Source: Clostridiales bacterium (lineage in GTDB: Bacteria > Bacillota > Clostridia > Lachnospirales > Anaerotignaceae). Taken from it: a DNA stretch of 64,000 nt. The stretch covers positions 1,569 to 65,568 of the forward strand of contig JAHZAW010000040.1 of NCBI GenBank assembly GCA_019423725.1, read 5' to 3'. Positions 1 through 9,869 of this stretch are shown here, piece by piece. Both the position numbers and the translations under genes were made by a program. The notes below the pieces were generated by a model. That model did not search any database and was not told the DNA's origin. It saw nothing but the letters and a program-made list of their open reading frames with translations. The number at the start of each line of letters is the position of its first letter. The first letter of the stretch is position 1.

Positions 1-108
1 CGGTATGGCAAGCTCAAGTATAAGTTTATCCACCGGTTCTTCAGTCATTTTTTTAAATTTCGCGGCCTGAAAATCTTCGTTTTCGACTGCGGTAGAATTA
101 TTATTCAT
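1..108 (-). CDS. MATE-family efflux transporter, N-terminal fragment (runs off window)
   Basis: Manual translation MNNNSTAVENEDFQAAKFKKMTEEPVDKLILELAIP; the 'MTEEPV.KLIL.LAIP' pattern is typical of MATE N-termini; AGAGG RBS upstream. Confidence 0.7.
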   Translation of the reverse strand, partial: MNNNSTAVENEDFQAAKFKKMTEEPVDKLILELAIP

Positions 109-242
109 TGCTGCGCCTCTTTCCATTTGATTTTCATTTTAATTTTGTTTCATATAACTTTAACATTTATTTTAGCACAAAAACTTCTCTGATAAAAGCC
201 AGCTGCCAATATATTAATTTATGAACATTACATGACCTGGCT

Positions 243-270
243 TTGACAAAGCAGCCCCATATATTATAAT
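243..270 (+). promoter_or_regulatory. sigma-A promoter
   Basis: TTGACA-N16-TATAAT upstream of ORF 341. Confidence 0.7.
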
Positions 271-340
271 AATTATATATAAATCTATAAAAGAACAAAA
301 AAATCGAATTTTATATGTAATACCGGAAGGAGGGCTTTTT

Positions 341-811
341 ATGATTCGATCCTTAGCCATGGCGGCAGCGTTATTTATGGTCTCATCAAGCACACCAGCT
401 ATTCAAAGATCCTATGAACAATCCTATGCTTATGAAGCTAAGTCAGAATTTGATGAAACCTGGGGAATAAGATTGGCGGCAAAAAATATTACATCCGAAG
501 GCCTTACCCTTTATATAGCCCAGTCCGGCGGAACAAATATAAATGAACTTTCATACGGTTCAGAGTATTTTTTGGAAGTACTGGATGATGGTCAGTGGAA
601 AACCGTACCGCACATAAACGAAAACATAGCTTGGGATTCAATGGCTTATATCATAAGGCCTGACGCCTATAATGAGTGTGAGATAAATTGGAAAAATATT
701 TACGGAGATCTCCCCGCCGGCACCTACCGCATATCTAAAAAAATAATGAATTTCCGCGGGCCGGGAGACTTTGATGAAAAACCATATACTCTGGAATTTG
801 AGATAAAATGA
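341..811 (+). CDS. Secreted Ig-like domain protein
   Basis: Signal-peptide-like N-terminus; YGSEYFLE..W and W..IYGDLPAGTYRISK pattern of small clostridial Ig-like proteins; GGAGG RBS. Confidence 0.6.
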   Translation: MIRSLAMAAALFMVSSSTPAIQRSYEQSYAYEAKSEFDETWGIRLAAKNITSEGLTLYIAQSGGTNINELSYGSEYFLEVLDDGQWKTVPHINENIAWDSMAYIIRPDAYNECEINWKNIYGDLPAGTYRISKKIMNFRGPGDFDEKPYTLEFEIK

Positions 812-829
812 AAAATATTATTTAACATT

Positions 830-862
830 AAAAAAACCGGCTTAAAAGCCGGTTTTAATTTT
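830..862. terminator. Bidirectional intrinsic terminator
   Basis: AAAACCGGCTT-AA-AAGCCGGTTTT between convergent genes. Confidence 0.75.
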
Positions 863-2106
863 TATTTTAAATTAAATCCTTTTTTGCTGAATGCTTCAAG
901 AAGAAGATCCATATCAGGTGCTATGGATATGGGCTCTCCCGCTGCCTTAATGGCGTTATTTACGTCCTTAAGACCATTTCCTGTTATTATTCCCACAACT
1001 GTGGCATCCTTAGGTATAAGGCCAAGCTGGCAGGCTTTTTTGATGCCGGCAGCTCCCGTTACACCTGCAGGCTCACCAAAAAGTCCACATGTACGTCCAA
1101 GCATCCTCATAGCAGCTAAAATTTCCTCATCAGTTACATTTACAGCTATACCGTTTGATTCTCTTACGGCTCTGAGGGCCTTATCAGCATTTCTGGGAAC
1201 TCCTACAGCTATGGAATCAGCTATGGTGTTTTCCTCCATGGGCTGCCAGGGCCTTCCTGTCTGAAGTTCTGTGTTAAGAGGGCAGCAGCCCGCAGCCTGA
1301 ACACTTATAAGTCTTGGAAGTTTATCAATGAATCCAGCATTATAAAGATCCTTAAATCCCTTCCATACTCCGGCTATGGTGCATCCGTCTCCAACGGATA
1401 CTGCCACATAATCAGGCATCTTATAATCCATCTGTTCAGCTATCTCGAGGGATACTGTTTTCTTTCCTTCAAGAAGGTATGGATTTATGGCAGCGTTCCT
1501 GTTATACCAGCCCCATCTGTCTATGGCCTCCGCTGAAAGTCTGAAAGTCTCCTCATAGCTTCCTTCAACGGATATTACATTAGCTCCGAATATCATAAGC
1601 TGTGCGACTTTTCCCTTGGGTGCCCTGGAAGGAACGAATATATATGTCTTAAATCCTGCGGCAGCAGCATTACCAGCAAGGGATGATGCCGCATTTCCTG
1701 TGGATGAGCAGGCAATTGTGTCTGCCTTAGCCTCATGAGCCTTGGCAACTGCCATGGCTGAAGCCCTGTCCTTAAGGCTCGCTGTGGGATTGATACCATC
1801 ATCCTTTATCCACAGCTGTTTGACACCTATCATTTCCGCAAGTCTGGGTACCTCATAAAAAGGTGTCCAGCCTACCCTTAAGGGTGTATTGGGTGTGGTC
1901 TCTTCCACGGGAAGGAACTCTCTATATCTCCACATGGAGTAGTCTCTGCGTTCCTTTATATCAGATGCAGATACTTTTGATGAAATATATTTATAGTCAT
2001 ATTTGATATCAAGAAGGCCTCCACAGTGGGGACATACAGTTATATCCGGTTTTGGTTCAATTTCTGCGCCGCACTTTATACAAACGGCAGATATCACATT
2101 TCGCAT
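862..2106 (-). CDS. thrC: Threonine synthase-like PLP enzyme
   Basis: N-terminal CxxC..CxxC, NPTASLKDR (PLP lysine), SSTGNAASS, ITGNGLKD; ATG at 2106 follows GGAGG. Substrate not certain. Confidence 0.75.
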   Translation of the reverse strand: MRNVISAVCIKCGAEIEPKPDITVCPHCGGLLDIKYDYKYISSKVSASDIKERRDYSMWRYREFLPVEETTPNTPLRVGWTPFYEVPRLAEMIGVKQLWIKDDGINPTASLKDRASAMAVAKAHEAKADTIACSSTGNAASSLAGNAAAAGFKTYIFVPSRAPKGKVAQLMIFGANVISVEGSYEETFRLSAEAIDRWGWYNRNAAINPYLLEGKKTVSLEIAEQMDYKMPDYVAVSVGDGCTIAGVWKGFKDLYNAGFIDKLPRLISVQAAGCCPLNTELQTGRPWQPMEENTIADSIAVGVPRNADKALRAVRESNGIAVNVTDEEILAAMRMLGRTCGLFGEPAGVTGAAGIKKACQLGLIPKDATVVGIITGNGLKDVNNAIKAAGEPISIAPDMDLLLEAFSKKGFNLK

Positions 2107-2186
2107 ATTAAAACCTCCGCTGTTCTGCTGTTTTGCAAAATCCGACGGACTGAAAGAACAGCCCATCGGATCAGAATAGTTACAAA

Positions 2187-3662
2187 TTATAAGTTTTTAA
2201 GTACTCCAGATTCCTCATTGAAGGCATTGATAAGCTCATCAAGGTCTTTAGCCTGTGAATGTACGCCCTTCCATGTCTTTTCAGGGTTATACCAAAGGTC
2301 ATTGAGTTCCTCAACAGTCTTGCCCTGCTGCTCAACCCAAGTATAGTATTTAAGGTTATGAACTCTCTTTCTGCCAACATATGTGAGTTCTTCCATATTA
2401 TCTGTACGAAGTCCAAGCATATGGAGATTGTGGTCTACAGCTGCACTTGTCATTGTGTAAGGTCCATTTTCTTCCTCAAGTTCCTTGATCCTTGAACCAT
2501 ACATATCAATGGAGTCTGTAAGAACTGTGGCGATAACGTCATGCTCTGTCATCTCATAATATTTAGCCATCTTGATAGCGCAGAGAACATTGGCTGTTCC
2601 TGAAATTCCAAGATATCCAAGTTTCTCAACAACTTCTGCAGGTACATGAGCTTCTTTTACAAGATATTCACGGCCAACGGGGTCGTTGAACAGACGTATA
2701 AGTCTCTGGCTGTCTTCGTCATCGATATCGATTACCATATCTGTATTCTTTACATTATGTATCCAGGGGATGTGTTTATCTCCGATACCTTCTATCCTGT
2801 GTCCGCCAAATCCATTATTAAGTATTGTAGGGCACTGGAGAGCTTCACCTACGGCAAGCTTCATTTCAGGATATACTTCCTTGAGGTAGTCGCCGCATCC
2901 GATCGTTCCAGCTGAACCTGATGTGAAGCATGCTCCTGCAAGTCTGTCTCCGTCTTTCTTTACCAGTTCAAATGCTTCAGCAATGGCACTTCCTGTTACC
3001 TGATAATGCCAGAGGTGGTTTCCCATCTCCTCAAACTGGTTGAATATCATAACATCGTCTCTTGTTCTCTTAAGTTCCCAGGTCTTATCAAATATTTCCT
3101 TTACGTTTGACTCGCATCCGGGTGTAGCTATTACTTCTCCTGCGATCTTTGAAAGCCAATCAAAACGTTCACGGCTCATTTCAGCGGGAAGGATAGCTAT
3201 TGAATCGCATGCAAGAAGCTTGGAGTTGAAAGCACCACCACGGCAGTAGTTTCCTGTTGAAGGCCATACAGCTTTATGGCGTGTGGCATCAAACTGTCCT
3301 GTTACAAGTCTGGGCGCAAGACATCCAAATGACGCACCTACTTTATGGCATCCTGTGGGGAACCATTTTCCTATAAGGCATATAATCCTTGCATTTACAC
3401 CTGTAAGTTCTTTTGGAAGTTCAATAAAGTTGGGCTTTCCAAAAAGACCGCCTGATGTCTTCTGTTCGTTTTTCCATGTGATCCTGAAAAGGTTTAAAGG
3501 ATCAACGTCCCAAAGTCCAACATTAAGAAGTTTATCCTTGATTTTGTCAGGAATAGTTTCGGGATGTTTCATCTGTTCGTATGTAGGGATAACAATTTTA
3601 TTTTCTCTTGCTTTTTGAATATTACGCTCGAGATTTTCCTTATTTATCGTTAAGTCTATCAT
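2187..3662 (-). CDS. Fold-type II PLP enzyme (long cysteine-synthase-like family)
   Basis: FPTGCHKVGA (PLP Lys), WPSTGNY, SGSAGT, HRIEGIG motifs; 491 aa. Confidence 0.8.
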   Translation of the reverse strand: MIDLTINKENLERNIQKARENKIVIPTYEQMKHPETIPDKIKDKLLNVGLWDVDPLNLFRITWKNEQKTSGGLFGKPNFIELPKELTGVNARIICLIGKWFPTGCHKVGASFGCLAPRLVTGQFDATRHKAVWPSTGNYCRGGAFNSKLLACDSIAILPAEMSRERFDWLSKIAGEVIATPGCESNVKEIFDKTWELKRTRDDVMIFNQFEEMGNHLWHYQVTGSAIAEAFELVKKDGDRLAGACFTSGSAGTIGCGDYLKEVYPEMKLAVGEALQCPTILNNGFGGHRIEGIGDKHIPWIHNVKNTDMVIDIDDEDSQRLIRLFNDPVGREYLVKEAHVPAEVVEKLGYLGISGTANVLCAIKMAKYYEMTEHDVIATVLTDSIDMYGSRIKELEEENGPYTMTSAAVDHNLHMLGLRTDNMEELTYVGRKRVHNLKYYTWVEQQGKTVEELNDLWYNPEKTWKGVHSQAKDLDELINAFNEESGVLKNL

Positions 3663-3903
3663 GGTCGGCCTCCTATTTAATAGATAAATAAATATAGTTT
3701 ACTTGTACATGATTAATATATCACAGCAAATTATTTTTGTAAACAGCTAAAAAATTTTTAGGTGTCCTTAATATTTGCTATTTTATAACTTATACACAAT
3801 AAATAAATTTCTGCTGCGTTTATTTTAGAGCTTTGACATTCATGATATATGCAGTTATTCGGACCTGCATATTGATACAACACACATAAACTATTTTAAA
3901 TAT

Positions 3904-3940
3904 AAAAAGCGGACCTGTAAAGTACATTCAGGTCCGCTCT
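3904..3940 (-). terminator. Intrinsic terminator of SLH gene
   Basis: AGCGGACCTG..CAGGTCCGCT followed by T-run on minus strand. Confidence 0.7.
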
Positions 3941-3997
3941 CTTAAATATTTTATTATATATCAATCAGCCAGGCATAATTAACATAAATATAAATAC

Positions 3998-5572
3998 TTA
4001 CTCACTTATCTTGACTGCTACCCAGCCTCTCTGGGCATAGGGTGCTCCGCCTACATAGGCCTGGGGAGTTTTTCCGTTTGATATATCGAGCATTAAGTCA
4101 AACTGCTCTGTTGTAACAAAATCATTGGGTCCAAATGTTGTGCTGTCATAACCTGAGATTATTTTATTCTCATATGCCCACGCAACAGCTTTGGCATACC
4201 ATGCATCAGATGTCACATCAAGGAATGGACTAATCTGTGAAGGTTCAGGCTTTCCTGCCTTGTTCCAAAGTATCTGTGCAGCCATTCCTCTTGTCAATGT
4301 TTCATCGGGAGCAAATTTTTTGTCGCCTACTCCCATCATCCAGCCCTTTTCATATGCTTTTTTAATGCCTGCATATCTTGAATCAGCTGAGCTGACATCG
4401 TCAAACATTCTGTCATTTGCTACAGCAGATGCTGTACTGGGAGCAGTCTTTTTCTCCTCGTCTTTTCTGCTGTCCTTCTTATCATCATTTTTAGTCTCTT
4501 TCTTTTCGTCCTTTTTGCTGTCTTTCTTATCGTCTTTTCTTTTATCCTTTTTATCGTCTTTGTTTTTGGATTTTTTAGTCTGTTCAAGGCTGTATGATTT
4601 TCCGCTTTTACGGCTGCTGCCATTTTCTACAGTAACTGTACATTTAGCTACCGCTCCATCTTCTGTCTTTGCTGTTATCACGGCCTCACCTTTTCCGACA
4701 GCCTTGATCTTTCCATCCCTGACTGTTGCTACTCTTTCATCATCTGATGACCATTTAACTCTATTTTTATTACCGTTCTTTACTTCAGCCTTTAATTGAT
4801 ATGTCTCACCTTTATCAAGGGTTATCTTTGTTTTGTTCAGTGATATTTCATCTTCAGTTACTGTTACTGTGCAAGTATCTTTGATCTCGTCATTATCACC
4901 TGATGATACAGTGATTTTAGCTTTTCCAGCTTTAAGTGCCTTTACTTTTCCATTTTCAACTGTCACTACCTTATTATCATCATCAGTTTTCCATTTAAGA
5001 GCCTTCATCTCTTCTTCAGACAGTTTTGTCTTGAGCTCAAGTGTTACACTTTCACCTTTTTTAATACTTATCGATTCCTCTTTAAACTTTATTTCTTTGA
5101 CTTCCCTTTTTTCTTTTTCATTCATGTCTTTAACTTCAAATTTGCCGTCTTTTATGGAAACCTTAAGTTTTACAGTCTCATAATCGGGATTAATGATCTC
5201 TATGATATCACCGTCTTTAAGGATATCAAAACTTACCTGGAAACCATCCTTAGCAAACATTATCCTGTTATTAGACTGGTCAATATAATAGTCAGCTCCA
5301 TATAATGTATCACTTTTGCTATTATCCCATTTAGAAGAATTTACATTTATCTGGGTTATGCCCTTTATGTAATCCTTGTCCATCGCAGGTGTCAGTGTAA
5401 AATATTCATCATAATTGTCTTTGTATATATCACCTGTTAATACGATATATTTTTTCTGTTCGCTGACCACTCGGGGCTGTTCAGCTGCCAGCGCCATTGC
5501 TGGAACCGATCCTAATATCATTGCAGTACTTGTTAATAATAATATAGCTTTATTTAATTTCAATAAATTCAC
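3998..5572 (-). CDS. Cell-surface protein: signal peptide, N-terminal domain, two Big_2 Ig-like domains, K/D-rich linker, C-terminal SLH domains
   Basis: WSSDDERVATV.DGKI.AVGKGEAVIT Ig repeats; FAPDETLTRG, WYAKAVAWA and FGPND.VT SLH motifs; GTG start after GAAAGG. Confidence 0.85.
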   Translation of the reverse strand: MNLLKLNKAILLLTSTAMILGSVPAMALAAEQPRVVSEQKKYIVLTGDIYKDNYDEYFTLTPAMDKDYIKGITQINVNSSKWDNSKSDTLYGADYYIDQSNNRIMFAKDGFQVSFDILKDGDIIEIINPDYETVKLKVSIKDGKFEVKDMNEKEKREVKEIKFKEESISIKKGESVTLELKTKLSEEEMKALKWKTDDDNKVVTVENGKVKALKAGKAKITVSSGDNDEIKDTCTVTVTEDEISLNKTKITLDKGETYQLKAEVKNGNKNRVKWSSDDERVATVRDGKIKAVGKGEAVITAKTEDGAVAKCTVTVENGSSRKSGKSYSLEQTKKSKNKDDKKDKRKDDKKDSKKDEKKETKNDDKKDSRKDEEKKTAPSTASAVANDRMFDDVSSADSRYAGIKKAYEKGWMMGVGDKKFAPDETLTRGMAAQILWNKAGKPEPSQISPFLDVTSDAWYAKAVAWAYENKIISGYDSTTFGPNDFVTTEQFDLMLDISNGKTPQAYVGGAPYAQRGWVAVKISE

Positions 5573-5781
5573 AACCTTTCATTTCTTATCAGATTAAAGC
5601 AGGTAATTTGTTAGTTCAAACTAACATAGGAATAAAATAAAATTTGACTATTCGGTCAAACTGCCCCCCTGTTGTAAATCTGTTATGGATCGTGTTTCAT
5701 CCCTTCCTTTCAGCCCCATATATCATCACAGCGCCTGGCTGTCAATAGCTTTCTAAAGCAGTAATATATTAACATGCCTAT

Positions 5782-5814
5782 AAAAAAAAGTAAACTGCCC
5801 TAAGGACAGTTTAC
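5782..5814 (-). terminator. Terminator of pyrG-dapF-dapL
   Basis: GTAAACTG..CAGTTTAC hairpin plus 8 T on minus strand. Confidence 0.7.
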
Positions 5815-5832
5815 TATAATCTTAAAGAATTT

Positions 5833-7014
5833 TTAAAGGATTTTTTTGAGTCTTTCAATAGCCTCTTCTGTATTCTCTCTGCTGCCAAATGCTGTAAGTC
5901 TGAAGTATCCTTCTCCTTCAGCTCCAAATCCTGCTCCGGGAGTTCCCCCAACCTGAGCGTTTTCAAGGAGCCAGTCAAAGAATGTCCAAGAATCCATACC
6001 ATTGGGGCACTTGAGCCAGATATAGGGTGAGCATACTCCGCCTGAGAACCATATTTCCTTTTCTCTTAAAAGTTCAGCAATGAGTTTAGCATTTCCCATG
6101 TAATATTCGATATTTTCCATGGCTTCCTTATATCCCTGGGGAGTAAGGGCAGCCTCTGCGGCTCTCTGGATAACATAGGGAACACCATTGAACTTTGTTG
6201 CCTGTCTTCTTGCCCAGAGTTTCTGAAGGGATTTTCCGCCGGCCTCAAGTTCATTGGGGAAAATCGTCCATGAACATCTTGTTCCTGTAAAGCCTGCCAT
6301 CTTTGAGAAACTGCATATCTCAACGGCACATTCCCTTGCTCCTTCTACAGCGTAGATAGAACGGGGATAGTCGCCATTAATAAATGCCTCATAGGCAGCG
6401 TCATATATGATAAGTGATCCACTTTCCTTAGCATATTTTACCCACTCAGCAAGCTGTTCTTTATTATAAACGGCACCTGTAGGGTTATTGGGTGAGCAGA
6501 GATAAATTATATAGGGCTTTTTAGCAAGTCCATCGGGCATGGGAAGGAAATTGTTTTCCATATTAGCCTGGAGGAGCTCTATATTTCTTCCGCTCATAAT
6601 GTTGCTGTCCATATATACGGGATATACAGGGTCAGGAATGAGGATGTCGTTGTCTCCAAGTATATCGACGATATTTCCACAGTCGCTCTTAGCTCCGTCG
6701 CTTACGAATACTTCTTCAGCAGCAATTTTTACTCCATTTCTTCCATAATATTCAGCAATGGCCTCTCTGAGGAAATCATATCCGTATTCAGGCGGATATC
6801 CTCTGAAAGTCTCCTTTGCAGCCATTTCGTCAACAGCCTTATGCATGGCTTCGATAACTGTCTTTGTAAGGGGCAGTGTAACATCTCCAATGCTGAGCTT
6901 TATTACCTTTTTATCAGGATTTTCAGCACTGTATTTATTTATCCTTCTGGCTGTTTCCGAAAAGAGGTAGCTCTCCTTAAGGTTATCATAGTTTTCATTA
7001 ATCTTTATATTCAT
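5833..7014 (-). CDS. dapL: LL-diaminopimelate aminotransferase
   Basis: SYLFSE, LSIGDVT.PL, SDGAKSD, CSPNNPTG, SFSKMAGFTGTRC, KFNGVPY. Confidence 0.95.
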   Translation of the reverse strand: MNIKINENYDNLKESYLFSETARRINKYSAENPDKKVIKLSIGDVTLPLTKTVIEAMHKAVDEMAAKETFRGYPPEYGYDFLREAIAEYYGRNGVKIAAEEVFVSDGAKSDCGNIVDILGDNDILIPDPVYPVYMDSNIMSGRNIELLQANMENNFLPMPDGLAKKPYIIYLCSPNNPTGAVYNKEQLAEWVKYAKESGSLIIYDAAYEAFINGDYPRSIYAVEGARECAVEICSFSKMAGFTGTRCSWTIFPNELEAGGKSLQKLWARRQATKFNGVPYVIQRAAEAALTPQGYKEAMENIEYYMGNAKLIAELLREKEIWFSGGVCSPYIWLKCPNGMDSWTFFDWLLENAQVGGTPGAGFGAEGEGYFRLTAFGSRENTEEAIERLKKIL

Positions 7015-7849
7015 ATTCAAACACTCCCTCGTATGCAGTTTCAGCTTTTCCCGTCATAAATACGGTGCCGTCAGAACAATATCTTATAACAAGATCTCCT
7101 CCGATGAGGTGTACTGTAACATCTGTGTCCTTTTTGCAGATACCATTTAAGCAGGCTGCAACAACGGTTGCACAAGTTCCGGTTCCGCAGGCAAATGTCT
7201 CACCGCTTCCCCTCTCCCATACTCTCATCTGAAGGGTCTTATCATCTATTACCTTTACAAATTCCGTATTTACTCTGTCAGGGAATATGCTTAAGTTCTC
7301 AAAGTCAGGGCCTATCTTCTCAAGATCAAGGCTGTCCACATCATCTACAAAACATACGGCATGGGGATTTCCCATGGACACAGCCGTAAGCTTATATACG
7401 CCGCCTGCGACTTCCACCGGCTCGTTTATCATGATCTTGTCGAATTTTACGGGTATTTTTTCAGGCTCAAGTATGGCCTTTCCCATATCCACACATACAG
7501 TGTCGACTTTTCCGTCCTTTACATTGAGCTTGAGTTTCTTTACGCCGCTCAATGTATCCACAGTTATGTCTGTTTTATTTACGATACCCTTGTCATAAAG
7601 AAATTTTCCGACACATCTTATGCCGTTTCCGCACATCTTAGCTTCGCTTCCGTCGGCATTGAATATCCTCATCTTAGCATCAGCTTTATCAGATGAACAT
7701 ATCATTATAAGCCCGTCTGAACCAACTGAAAAATGTCTCGGTGATACTGCGACTGCTATCTCTTCGGGTTTTTCAAGTTCTCTGTCCATACAGTTTACAT
7801 ATACATAGTCGTTTCCGATACCATGCATCTTGGTGAAGTTGAATTTCAT
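6998..7849 (-). CDS. dapF: Diaminopimelate epimerase
   Basis: FTKMHGIGNDY, MCGNGIRC, SMGNPHAV, WERGSGETFACGTG. Confidence 0.95.
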   Translation of the reverse strand: MKFNFTKMHGIGNDYVYVNCMDRELEKPEEIAVAVSPRHFSVGSDGLIMICSSDKADAKMRIFNADGSEAKMCGNGIRCVGKFLYDKGIVNKTDITVDTLSGVKKLKLNVKDGKVDTVCVDMGKAILEPEKIPVKFDKIMINEPVEVAGGVYKLTAVSMGNPHAVCFVDDVDSLDLEKIGPDFENLSIFPDRVNTEFVKVIDDKTLQMRVWERGSGETFACGTGTCATVVAACLNGICKKDTDVTVHLIGGDLVIRYCSDGTVFMTGKAETAYEGVFEYEYKD

Positions 7850-7889
7850 ATTAAAACCCCTTTCTGTCAAAATTTATGTCAATTTATCA

Positions 7890-9485
7890 TCAATGCTTAA
7901 GAGCAGCCTTAACAAGACCTACGAAAAGCGCATGCGCTCTGTTGGGACGGCTCTTGAATTCAGGATGATACTGAACTCCTACATAAAAATCATTTCCGGG
8001 AATCTCAACTGTCTCAACGATCCTGTCGTCAGGAGATGTTCCGCTTATGACAAGACCCTTTTCCTGCATAAGGTCTCTATAGTCGTTATTGAATTCATAA
8101 CGGTGGCGGTGTCTTTCATATATAAGTTCTGAATTGTAGCACTCATACATCTTTGTTCCAGGTTTTACCTTGCAGGGGTATGCTCCCAGTCTCATGGTTC
8201 CGCCCTTTGCTATCTCATTATTCTGGTCAGGCATAAAGTCGATGACCTTATTAGCTGTATCCTCATCAAACTCTCCTGAGTTAGCATCCTTTAAGCCGCA
8301 TACATATCTGGCAAACTCAATAACAGCTATCTGCATACCAAGACATATGCCAAGCATGGGCAGATTATTCACACGGCAGTAATGGGCAGCTGCTATCTTT
8401 CCTTCGATACCTCTGTTTCCAAATCCTCCGGGGATAACTATTCCTGAACAGTTTCTCAAAACATCAGCGACGTTTTCATCTGTTATGGTCTCTGAATCGA
8501 TCCACTCTATCTCAACATAGGCTCCGTTTTCATATCCGGCATGTCTGAGGGCCTCAGCAACGGAAAGATATGCGTCATGAAGCTGAACATATTTTCCTAC
8601 GATGCCTATCCTTACTTCCTTTGTCCTTGATTTGATCCTGTCAAGCATTCCTTCCCACTCTGTAAGGTCAGGAGCAGGAGCGTTTATGCCAAGCTCACGG
8701 CATACGATGTTTGAAAAGCCGCTCTTTTCAAGCATAAGGGGTGCTTCGTAAAGGATGGGGATAGTTATATTCTCGATAACGCAGTCAGGTTTTACATTAC
8801 AGAACATGGCTATCTTTCTGAATATGGACTCCTCTATGGGCTCATCGCTTCTAAGTACGATTATGTTAGGATTGATGCCCATTCCCTGAAGTTCCTTTAC
8901 GGAATGCTGTGTAGGTTTTGATTTATGTTCCTCTGAGCCCCTGATATAGGGAACGAGAGTAACATGTATATAAAGGGAGTTTTCCTTTCCGACCTCAAGG
9001 CCTACCTGTCTGATGGCCTCAAGGAAGGGCTGGCTCTCGATATCGCCTGTTGTTCCGCCGATCTCTGTTATAACTATATCGGCATCTGTTTTCTGAGCAA
9101 CTGCGTAAATGAATTCCTTTATCACATTTGTGACATGGGGAATTACCTGAACGGTTTCTCCAAGGTATTCTCCTCTTCTTTCCTTATTGAGAACATTCCA
9201 GTACACTTTTCCCGTTGTGAGGTTTGAAAACTTGTTCAGGTCCTCATCGATAAAACGTTCATAGTGTCCAAGGTCAAGGTCTGTCTCAGCACCATCGTCT
9301 GTGACGAATACCTCTCCATGCTGGTAAGGGCTCATGGTTCCGGGGTCCACGTTGATATAGGGGTCGAGCTTCTGTGCGGCAACCTTAAGTCCCCTTGCCT
9401 TAAGAAGTCTTCCCAGCGATGCAGCGGTTATCCCCTTTCCTAAACCTGATACAACACCACCGGTAACAAAAATAAACTTTGTCAT
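7890..9485 (-). CDS. pyrG: CTP synthase
   Basis: [35 protein letters not shown]. Confidence 0.97.
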   Translation of the reverse strand: MTKFIFVTGGVVSGLGKGITAASLGRLLKARGLKVAAQKLDPYINVDPGTMSPYQHGEVFVTDDGAETDLDLGHYERFIDEDLNKFSNLTTGKVYWNVLNKERRGEYLGETVQVIPHVTNVIKEFIYAVAQKTDADIVITEIGGTTGDIESQPFLEAIRQVGLEVGKENSLYIHVTLVPYIRGSEEHKSKPTQHSVKELQGMGINPNIIVLRSDEPIEESIFRKIAMFCNVKPDCVIENITIPILYEAPLMLEKSGFSNIVCRELGINAPAPDLTEWEGMLDRIKSRTKEVRIGIVGKYVQLHDAYLSVAEALRHAGYENGAYVEIEWIDSETITDENVADVLRNCSGIVIPGGFGNRGIEGKIAAAHYCRVNNLPMLGICLGMQIAVIEFARYVCGLKDANSGEFDEDTANKVIDFMPDQNNEIAKGGTMRLGAYPCKVKPGTKMYECYNSELIYERHRHRYEFNNDYRDLMQEKGLVISGTSPDDRIVETVEIPGNDFYVGVQYHPEFKSRPNRAHALFVGLVKAALKH

Positions 9486-9551
9486 AATGTTAATCCTCCA
9501 AAATTCCTTGAAAAAACCTTTATAGTATTATAATACGTAATAACTTATCAT

Positions 9552-9607
9552 AAAAAGGGCACTCATCCTGTATGAGTAATATAACCAGTATAGGATGAAC
9601 GCCCTTT
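9552..9607 (-). terminator. Leader terminator/attenuator of pyrG
   Basis: AAAGGGCGTTCATCCT..AGGATGAGTGCCCTTTTT on minus strand, between promoter and start codon. Confidence 0.7.
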
Positions 9608-9622
9608 GTCCTTCATTAAAAT

Positions 9623-9651
9623 AGATTATCACTACAAATTGTTACTGTCAA
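9623..9651 (-). promoter_or_regulatory. sigma-A promoter of pyrG
   Basis: TTGACA-N17-TAATCT with TGn extended -10. Confidence 0.65.
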
Positions 9652-9702
9652 TATCCGTCAGAACAAATTGTTGTAAAAAATTAAAATTTTTTAAAAAATC
9701 TA

Positions 9703-9731
9703 TTGACTTCACTTTAAAGCGGTGTTATACT
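9703..9731 (+). promoter_or_regulatory. sigma-A promoter of glnA
   Basis: TTGACT-N17-TATACT with TGn extension. Confidence 0.75.
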
Positions 9732-9741
9732 ACCCGCATAT

Positions 9742-9783
9742 TAGCAAAGGCGCTATGGATTATTCCGTAGCGCCTTTTTTGTT
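9742..9783 (+). promoter_or_regulatory. glnA leader terminator overlapped by an ANTAR-like hexaloop hairpin
   Basis: Terminator AAAGGCGCTATGGA-TTAT-TCCGTAGCGCCTTTTTT; alternative hairpin TAGC-AAAGGC-GCTA with loop A1/G4. Confidence 0.65.
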
Positions 9784-9869
9784 ACAACAGGAGCGACATC
9801 ACGTTTACATCAGAGTTTGGCATTTAAAATGACTTATATGAATAAATAAAGAAAAAGGAGCGAGACATC

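Noticed and set aside
5597..5760. Cobalamin or other riboswitch upstream of the SLH gene
   Set aside because: No recognisable B12-box or other aptamer consensus and no leader terminator.
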